Origin: Lingula anatina
Lineage: Eukaryota > Animalia > Brachiopoda
Direction of reading: 5' to 3'
NCBI GenBank assembly: GCA_051362555.1
Contig: CM120645.1
Location: 8,680,001 to 8,744,000 of the forward strand
Length of the DNA stretch: 64,000 nt
The notes under the pieces are model-generated. The model searched no databases and was not told the DNA's origin. It was given only the letters and a program-made list of their open reading frames with translations. This document shows positions 54,856 through 64,000 of this stretch, piece after piece. How positions within the stretch are numbered: position 1 is the first letter of the stretch; each line of letters opens with the position of its first letter. The translations under genes and the position numbers were made by a program.

Positions 54856-55242
54856 CTGTAAAATGTAATGATCAAGCTCTCGTTTGTGAAGAAACTGAAC
54901 TTTTTTTAAGTCATAATAATTTATCTCGCCAACTTGACGCCATATTGAAATTCTTAGAGGCTTTCGGTAGATTGCTTAAAAATCACATTTTCTTTAAATC
55001 ATAATCTTAACAATATCCTTTCTCAAAATATATATTATCTTTATGAAATTAGGAAATTACTTGAGAATAAAAAACTTTTTAAATCAAAAATAGAAAAATT
55101 CGCGAGAGTGGGACCATGTGATCTCCATAGCAACAACACAGACTCGCTCTCCAAAGCGTGTGACCTCTAGCGGTAATAATAACAAACAGAGCAGTGCGTT
55201 TGATTGTTAGTTGGACTGCAACGATACACGACTTACAGTGAG
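54856..55242. promoter_or_regulatory. Probable bidirectional promoter with non-coding first exons for the BTB-ZF gene (-) and SMKR1-like gene (+)
   Basis: Minus-strand donor at 54855 and acceptor at 54450, plus-strand donor gag|gtaaga at 55243. YY1-like cgccatatt (about 54938), tcgcgaga (55100-55107), CpG enrichment. Confidence 0.55.
55121..55134 (+). promoter_or_regulatory. RFX X-box motif
   Basis: atctccatagcaac fits the X-box consensus RTHNYYWTRRNRAC at all 14 positions and sits about 110 bp upstream of the first + strand donor. Confidence 0.6.
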
Positions 55243-57080
55243 GTAAGACACATGCAACTTGATGTTTTATTGCTTAGTTCAATTATCAATGTGCATTACG
55301 TCCCATTAAATAATAATTTTATTAATAATTTCTCACAGTTGGATTAAATCATAGTAATCTGAGGGCAAATACACTAATTTACAATAAATTACTTCACTAA
55401 TCATACAACATCACCAAAGGAAAGTGAAAAATGACAACTTTCTCAGGGTACTTACTTAGGCGCTAGTGCTATTTTGATCATCACTGATGACAGGCTTTGT
55501 CTTATTTACACGTTTATCTCCTGATTTAGCCAAATGTTAATTATAGAAGCCATTTACTCCCTAGAAGATTACCAAACATATTTTCTACGGTAGTCGGAGG
55601 AGGGACCTCCCCAGCTTTTACTTTTCAAAGGGCACATTATTATTGCAGTACGTGTAAAAATATTGTTAATTGTGAGGTGAATGAAAGCACGTGTTGTTTG
55701 GGTGTGTAACCCTATAGCCCACTTGACTGTTTTATAAGTTGAAACATTCTGAGCTAAATAAAAATGTAATACAGAATTCTTAGACACAGAAACAAAAATT
55801 GATTTTTTGGATGAGTAGTAGGGAGAAATAAAGCTGACTATGTCTACCGCAACCAAAATTGTCATGTACAGTAACTTCATGGTTCAAGTCATTACCAGTA
55901 TAAGATCACCTGCAGTGAGTTAATTGTATTTTTATGCAGATATTGCTACTTGTCCGGAACCGCACAAAATTTAGCTATGAATCAAATTTAGAAACAGGCT
56001 CGAAATATGGACACTGATGTAGACTTTAGGTTGGATAACACGTTAATGTTACCTTCCTGGTTCGTGGTCAAAATAGTTACGTGTAAATCGCTATGAGGAA
56101 ATCCAACGCTGACAACAATAACCAGTTTCAATCATTTAATGATCACTCGTCGCTTGCTCAGGTACATTCTGACGATATGTGTAGAATTACACCCTTAAGT
56201 ATCTAACCAAGACAATGGCTTCATGAGCTTCTTAATACGTGGCTTCTTAATCAGAATAGTAAACAAGGCTTACTCTGCCTCTTTAGACTTGACATGATGT
56301 ATTATAGAGAATTACGGTTTACAATAAAAAGTTATTACTTGAAGTTACTGACATTGCCTATGAATTATTAAATGTCTCCGACATACTGTTTGTGTATAGG
56401 ACTATTCATGATTTTATTGATTGGTTCCTATGCTGGTGATGTAATAATTGTTGTATTGATTGAGCAGTGGAATTTTGCTTACTGTAAGTCATTTTAACTA
56501 TAATGTTGTTGATATGCACTGTCTGTAAAATTATCATTCCTATTAGTGTGGCATCAACATATATTTTTATTGAAATATTGCTAGCCCAAGTCCAAGATGA
56601 AGTTTTCTAGCTGTTTTATAGAAAAAAAGTTATAATATTTAAAGATATCCTTTCTTGGATATTCATGCCAAATTTAACTTTTCCATCCCGACACTTGTAT
56701 TCAATGTTTTATGCCATTTTTAATTGAATATTTTAGTTCTAAATGTCTTCTCAGAAGGAAATACTATTTATAAGTATTTTTATTGGATTATAGATGATCA
56801 TTTTAAAGGTCTGAATTGAAAATGAAAAGTGGCTTTTCAGGATATATTAGGCCATAAAAATGTGACTTTGGGATACTTCAAATGCATCAACTCATGATAT
56901 TTTTAAATATTAAAATGACTTAAATGTTATGATTATTTTCAGGATCCATGATGTCTGATTTAGATGGCAAACTGATTCATTGTGCATCAATCCTTTGACT
57001 GTGGCATCAGTTTATAGCTGCATTAGGAAATAAGAATATTTAGGAAATAAAAAAAAAAAAAAAGAAAAAGAAAAGAAAAA

Positions 57081-58872
57081 ATGGTAAGTTGAAATCTTGA
57101 AAAATGCCAAATAATATCTGTCCTTATATGGGAAAGTATATCAGAGTGTGTGTCTGCATCGATTTACATTTGTATGTTTGTGATGATTATTATTAACACA
57201 TTACGTACAGAGATGGACTGGTCAGCATTTTCAGAGAAAGGGGAGGGTCTTTTTGGAAAAAAAAAAATGTGAAAATCTTTACCCCCTTTGTTGATCCAAC
57301 TTGAGGAATGACAAAGAAATTTTTTACAAACATATTAGTGCATGTCAGTTGCTCCAACCTCTCTCTCTCTCTCTCTCTCTTTCAAAAAACAAAAAAATTG
57401 TTGCTTCCACTTAATATGAGTGTTCTTATTTCAAGAAATTACGACAAAAAATATATAATATGTATAAAGTTCACAATTTTTCCCCATTAAAAAGATAAAG
57501 TAATTACCTTCATTGTACATGCACTAGTATGCCAATACATTGGGAAAGGATGACTCATGATATTCAATAAAACTCAGCATAAAGAAAAGAAAAAACACTT
57601 GCATCAAAGACTGACCCTATAAGCTTTTTGTTTTCATTTTGAGATCCATAAGCCAACTCTCCATCAGTTTTCTCTCACCATTAAAACATCTTTGTCAAAA
57701 TAGAGGCACCTTGTAAACGGAATTTATTTCAAATGTTTAACAATGATCAAATGAATTATAAATCTACTCTAAACATTTGCTTAATTTTGTAAACTTCTGG
57801 CCCAATATTCCTTTAGAGACCAAAGAATGCCCGTGGTTCAGTTGTAATAATGCTGGGTCAATTGATCCCAATAGGAATCAATGTTAGCATTACTGGTATT
57901 TATCTTGTACCTAACGACAGTTTGATTACAACTGCATGACGAGTCAACACTTTATAATCATACTGTACATGTAGCACGGTTTTCATGACACAGGGTAGGC
58001 AGACTTGCTAAACCTTTATCCTGGTTTTAAGAGGTCATCTGGGGAAGGAAAATGCCTCAGTCTGTAAGTTATACAGAAAATATACTAGTAAATTTACTTT
58101 TCTTCATTATGTTGAGAAAATTTTGGATTGGTCAGGGTTTTTTTTCTTTTTAATTAATTTTTTATGTTGAAATTTGTTAATTTTGAAAATTTAATTTCAT
58201 AATATACTTATACTTTCTTGTATAATATAATGACCTTAGTAATTTATACTAGTATGTACAAGTGGTGCATTAAGTGTATTAGACTTTTAACTATTATGGT
58301 ATAAATAATAGGCCCTTGGCCAGCAATTTCAAAGGGGTAAAAGGACAGGTTACTAAAAAGTGGACCCAATATTACTGCAACTAAAGGCACATTAGAACCT
58401 TGAAAAGATAATTTACTGTGAAAGAATTTTTACAGCTTCATATTGGCTCATTGGTCATATCAGCTTATATATTAGTAGGTCAGCTTCAGAATATGACCTT
58501 TATCTGACCTTTGCTAAAGATAAGATTTTCCCTATATCCTATAGACTTAAACAGGAAACTGAGTTCTTTGTCATTGTTGTCCAGTGACAATTGGTAATTG
58601 ATTAAATTTCCCTTTATGTGTTTTAGCCTGTCAGTGCCAAACGACTACCCAGAAACAAGAGTGGGAAAAAAGGTGGGAAGAAGAGTGGGAAAAAGAGTGG
58701 GAAGAAATCTGCGTCAGCAGTGAAGGAAAATGTAGACATTATGAGCGAAGCTGCCATGAAAAACTTGTACTACATAGCACATGGGCCCGTGGAAGCCCTA
58801 GAAATGAGGGGTTTTGGTTGGGAGGGTGCACCCAAGAAAAAAGGAAAGAAAGGCAAGAAAAAGAAGAAATAG
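57081..58872 (+). CDS. SMKR1: Small lysine-rich protein 1-like, 82 aa; ATG at 57081-57083 spliced to 58627-58872
   Basis: ATG|gtaagt donor and ttttag| acceptor. Translation [82 protein letters not shown] matches the recalled SMKR1 core VDILSPAAMLNLYYIAH...LRGFHWPGAPK. Confidence 0.88.
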
Positions 58873-61219
58873 CATCTAGACATGTACCTGATTTTGTTTA
58901 TTTATTCTGTCCATTGTGTAATGTGCATGTAGTGTTTGGAACAGGGCAGTAGGAGAATGAAAGAAGACGGGGAGAAGAGGACAGGTGCAGTGAGATACAG
59001 CTCTGTGAAATAAAAAACAGAACTTCATAAAGGAAAATTCAGCCTAAATTTTTATCTGTGTTTCATGACAATCAATTTTTGCCTCTTATTAATAAGAGAA
59101 TGTTCTGGTGCTGCTATGCAGTCAGAGAAAAAAAAACCCTGTGTGACAGACATAACAGGATGACAAATTGACATACGAGACCTTTTTATTTCTTGATGAT
59201 CCGGGTCAGCTTTTGGACAAAACTGGATAAAAGTTATATTATTAAGGACTGGATAAGATTCTTTTAAACATTAATTAAGGCACATTGCAGTGTTTTCACA
59301 AGAGCTAACCACAATTTTATTCTATTTTGAACATGGCTGTATGACCGATGCCAGTGTTGTATCAACCTGATTGTGCCTTGGTTAACTACTGATATTAAAC
59401 AGGGTTTCGATTCATTTATGTAGGCATACGTACTGAGCACCTAAATGGAATGTACATGGAATATATATGGCGTGGGTTTGCAACAGTTGTGCATTACTTT
59501 ATGAAAGGATTTTAATTTACACTTGTTTAATCAGGTTGATTTGATTCTGAAATAACTGTTCAAAATTGTTTGACAGGATAGAATTCTGTCAGCCTGAATA
59601 ACCTGGTTGCCCCTGAATGCAAAATTACTGGGTTTTTTTTTCATGTTTTCATGCATTGTTTCACAGTGCATAGAAAACATTTTGCATAACAGCAATTTTC
59701 TTGACAATCTACCAGCAAATTTACCAAATGTGTGTGACATGAATTATGGTATTATTGTTATTTTGTACAGTATGTCCTAGCTTAACATTTGGAAACCTGG
59801 TGAGAGATTTGCACTGAGCATTTTATTTTCAAAGCAGACAATCGCTTCACTGTAATATAACTATTTTTGTTTCAAATATAATATGGTTAATGCCTGTACA
59901 TTGCCCATAGTTTAGTAGTTAAGCTAGTCATATACCAGCTGGCAGCCAGAGCACTATCTAGTCACGTGCCGTGCTCGGTCAAACAAAGATTGGGATATTT
60001 TCGAAATATTCCATGTGACGTGGAACGCAATTCAAGCAGAGGTGCTGCTTTATCATTACAGGGTTTTGACACAATCCCAGTTTAAATTTACTACATACTG
60101 GTGAAATTCATAAGTTTGAGTTTAATGGCAGTAACAGCGTCTGAAGTGGAAATTCATACAACTAGAGGAGTTTTAGTTTTATCACAGAAAGCATTATATT
60201 TATTAAGAATTGAAAATGTATGTATTTATTGGGGTATTGCCTTATTTACAACTATGCAAGATGAGGGGTAAACAGCTCAAGAGGGTATTTGGTAGAGCAA
60301 ACTTTTTTTTTTTTTTTTTTTTTTTGATAAATTGCAAATTTTGAAAATTAGGTAAATTATTTTGTACACACTTACCAAAATTAAGTGTCATGCTTATTTG
60401 CATATTTTTTTTTTACTATTTTGACTAACTGTCCCTAATATAAATCAGCCCTGAAATTAAATCTACAGCAAGCTTAATATGATTTAAATAATCTTAAAGT
60501 TACTTTGAAATATTTTCTGTAGGTACAAAAGCTTTAAATATTTAGTCAGTCATGCATAAGCCTACTAGTATCTTTCCATGAAGGAAAGGAAAAGAAGGAA
60601 AGTGTTTGATATTTTTGAGAAGCAATCTTATTGGTGAAAGTGGTTTTCATGAAAAAGATACTGTGTGCAAGTTCTAATTAATTACTTTTGCTTTAAGCTG
60701 AGCACTGCCGACTCTGCCGAGGGAAGATTTTAAGGGAAGAGTCTAATTTTCATCACAGAGTTATTTATAATTAGTTATTTTATATAAATAGTTTTCTATT
60801 TTTATGTTAATAATTGTAAAATTATTTTGATTTGAAATAATACATTTGATAATGTACCAGTCTTTTTGTCTGTATTTTAATGTACTGTATACACTGTTAT
60901 CACAGATGTCAGGCTTGAAATTAATTTACCCGATTTTGACTTTGTGTGTTTGGACACTTTGCTAAAACAAACATCAAAGCACTAACTTGTAACGTTTTTC
61001 TGCTAAAAGAATTAACTTGAAGAAAAGGGGGGGTACCATTTGTTGCCGTTGCGACAGGTGAGTGAAGAATGAATGCTTTAGATGTGACCGGATATTCATG
61101 TAGCGTATCCGTAAGCGTCTCTATCACAATCCATCCCTGAAATTGGCACCATTGTAGATTGCGGGTACCCTGTGTTTCGATAGTGTGAAACTGAGCTTGA
61201 TACTATCAACAGAGATAGT

Positions 61220-61358
61220 ACATGTCCGGAAACACGGTTGTCTCCGCCCATGACGGCAAGTGTATGCTCAACGTGGCACAGAGGACGTAGCACTGGAACC
61301 ACAGGGTGCAGCTAATGAGATTAATAACTATTTATATATACAAATCCTGTGATCAGAC
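61220..61358. repeat. Diverged dispersed repeat, copy 1 (partner at 63000-63141)
   Basis: Shared tgtc(c/t)ggaaaca...tgacggc...gcacaga...cactggaaccacagggt...atgagatt.ataactat.tatatatacaaatcct.tgatcagac. Confidence 0.75.
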
Positions 61359-62999
61359 AACATGCAACTGATAGAAGAGAAATCGGTTTCCAGAGACCGC
61401 TGAAACTCGGGGTAAATTGCAAAAACGGAAAGAATAGCGGCAAGGAATTTGCTGTATCAGAATCCTTTGGATGTAACATAAATTTTAGGTAGGACATCCG
61501 GATTTCATAGTTTAAATTTCCATTTTGTTTAAAGCTTTATAGTCTGCGTACAGTATGATCCAATTACATCAGCAAAATATGGGGAAAATTTACGATCTAG
61601 AAAAAAAGCACTTTTTGAAGAATAGGCCTACCCAGCTAGAATTGTCAGAGGCCTGTAAATACATGTGTAAAACATTTTCTTTTTGTTTTTCTGTTTTCTT
61701 TCTTTCTTTCTTTTCTTTCTTTCTAATGGCTCAAGAAGTGGAATTCTTTTATGCTTAGATAACCCACGTGAAAAACGCAGCGCATTGGCTTGTCGCGGTG
61801 AGTGAATTATATCAAGAAAAATATCTATGAACATCTAGTGGAAAAACTTCTCCCTGTGACCCCGGAAGATGGAAAACATAGACCGTGCTTCTTAAAAAAT
61901 GATGGAAGTCTAGATCAGGAAATAGACACTTGATTGCACATCTCAATCAAATAAGCCACCTCCTGTAGTTAACAACCGAAGGATTATTTGCTAAAAACAG
62001 AATTACTTATACATAGGAACCGTCTAAGTGTACGGCCACCATATTTCCTAGAATGCTTTTAATGGGCATATCAACACGGGTGGGAAGTCAAATAAAGAAT
62101 ATAATTCAGCACTGCTACACGAAATGCTGGAATTAGTATCAATTTCTGTCAGCAACTTGTACTCAATTTCTAATGCATAAAAATCACCACCGCTTTGTTC
62201 AAGTTCGTGGAAATGATCTAGGTTCAAGACAAGCGTCTCAAGTAAACTACCTTTGTAACAAGATTTGACGACACTGTTTTCACGCATTAAATATGGATTT
62301 TCATCTATCCGAGAGAAAAAAGACCCAATATATTTCTTATCATTGAAGAAATGCAGAACTTCTCGGTATGATTAAATTCTAATCGGTATAGGATTATCTA
62401 AGATTACCCTGCGTATAGCGCCCCCTGTGACTCTTCACAGGACCATATAATAAGCCAGTTTCCATCAGAGATGCGTCGACCTAACTTAGTCTAAACCGTC
62501 TCAAGAAGTCGTTTATTTACAATATATTTATCACAGGGTTTTGTCTCGTGTACCCCATGTTACATCGAGGCAAGTCATAAGATATTCTCTCTGCGCTGTG
62601 TAAGCGGCGCTAACAGGGAGAATCCGAAATAGCCTACTAGCAAACGTTAAAGGGACACAATGAGCGTAAAAACTTCGTTTGGCAAAATTTTGGACATTTC
62701 AACACCTTTCCTATAGCCATCAAATTTTCAATATTCACATTTATCGAAGAGAATGTTGAATTTCACATTTAATGATAAAAACAAGAAATTTAGAACGAAA
62801 ATGGGTTGAAGACTATGGTTTTATTAACTGTTCTGAATAGGGTAAACCTAAGGAATATAGGAGCAATTGCTGAATCGTCCAGGATTTTCCACTTTTTTTT
62901 CTACACAAGTGTCTAACAAGAATTGTCCGCCTTTAAACCCTTGACGTTATGAAATCGGAGAACCTCCTGTGAGAGATTGGTAGATACATATGTACCACT

Positions 63000-63141
63000 T
63001 GTCTGGAAACAGTCTTTTTCCACCGTGACGGCGATTGTATGCGTATCGTTGCACAGACGACGAAACACTCAAACACTGGAACCACAGGGTACATCTTATG
63101 AGATTGATAACTATGTATATATACAAATCCTTTGATCAGAC
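63000..63141. repeat. Diverged dispersed repeat, copy 2
   Basis: Direct-orientation match to 61220-61358. Confidence 0.75.
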
Positions 63142-63895
63142 CTGCTGGCGAGCGTCGTGATTAGGGAAATAACTGAACGAGGCGGGATCTTTTCAATTTG
63201 TATTTATATTGAAGTGCAAATTGCTTCTTGATCGCCGTTAACATTATGCAGATTATAGTTTGATTTGTTTTGCGTAAGATCTTTCGGCGGTGGACTTTTG
63301 AATATAAATAGTGACAAATACAAAGACTTATCCTCTTCGACCGAGACAGTTTTCTGTATCCCAACAGTTTGAAAGACTAGCATCTTTATTTGTTAGGAAA
63401 GTGGTGAAATGCATCATCGGTGATGTTGCACAGACTTCCTTGTGTATTCTGACAGCTTATCTTTGGTCAGTTTGGAAACAGTCCATCTCAGTTGACCTTC
63501 CAAACATTATAAGGTTTATAAACCCGCATTCAGGACCAGATTTTAATAGGCAATTATTTGAACAACCATAACGGTATTGTTACTACATATTTCGTGCCAA
63601 AAACCATTGGATTGTGTAGCTATGTAAGAAACAAATTATCACTAAGGCTCTTTTCATACAATTATAGCCCATAGTGCATTAGCATGCTTTACGCCACATC
63701 TGGTATTGACTGTTGTGTTGGTGTCGTGTTGTATGTGCCGTTTACAGTCACACTGACATCAATATACACGTATATTTAGATATTTTATCCTTTATTTTAT
63801 CATTTATTTATATTTTTGATGTAAGCATAATAGAGTAGTGTTAGAAGTAACTTAGACAGCGAGCAATGTTAAATTGTAACACTTAAAGCAGAATA

Positions 63896-63897
<2 letters not shown>

Positions 63898-63955
<58 letters not shown>
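63898..63955. repeat. (TTA)n microsatellite
   Basis: Directly visible. Confidence 0.95.
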
Positions 63956-63957
<2 letters not shown>

Positions 63958-64000
63958 TCCTAGAGGAACTATCGTTGGTAGTACATGTGCAGCCCCCCCC

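Noticed and set aside
57830-57900. tRNA/SINE-like A-box (tggttcagttg)
   Set aside because: No B-box or cloverleaf follows.

Overview
AT-rich, intron-containing animal genomic DNA, probably invertebrate; a lophotrochozoan is suggested by the Helentron-type repeats but is not proven. Five spliced protein-coding genes can be rebuilt by hand with GT-AG junctions and consistent reading phase. (1) A FAM107/DUF1151 gene on + (core exons 16867-26527) has at least two candidate alternative first coding exons at 5859 and 9303. (2) ZCRB1 (U11/U12 snRNP 31K) lies on - at 36806-31655. (3) A divergent FASTK/RAP-domain mitochondrial-type protein on + (37856-41148) is head-to-head with ZCRB1. (4) A 929-aa BTB-BACK + AT-hook + 9x C2H2 zinc-finger protein lies on - at 54325-45547. 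(5) An SMKR1-like small lysine-rich protein on + (57081-58872), missed by the ORF track, is head-to-head with the BTB gene and has an RFX X-box. Introns carry non-autonomous DNA transposons: two Helentron/HINE-like families with internal 146-bp and about 159-bp tandem arrays, a P-like element with perfect 30-bp TIRs and a 211-bp array, and several MITEs. The most unusual items are the KLHL-type BTB-BACK module fused to zinc fingers instead of Kelch repeats, the modular FAM107 5' end, and a 47-bp double-hairpin minisatellite just after the FASTK-like stop. Most other ORFs in the track are repeat-derived or antisense shadows. Family assignments are from recalled motifs, not database searches.
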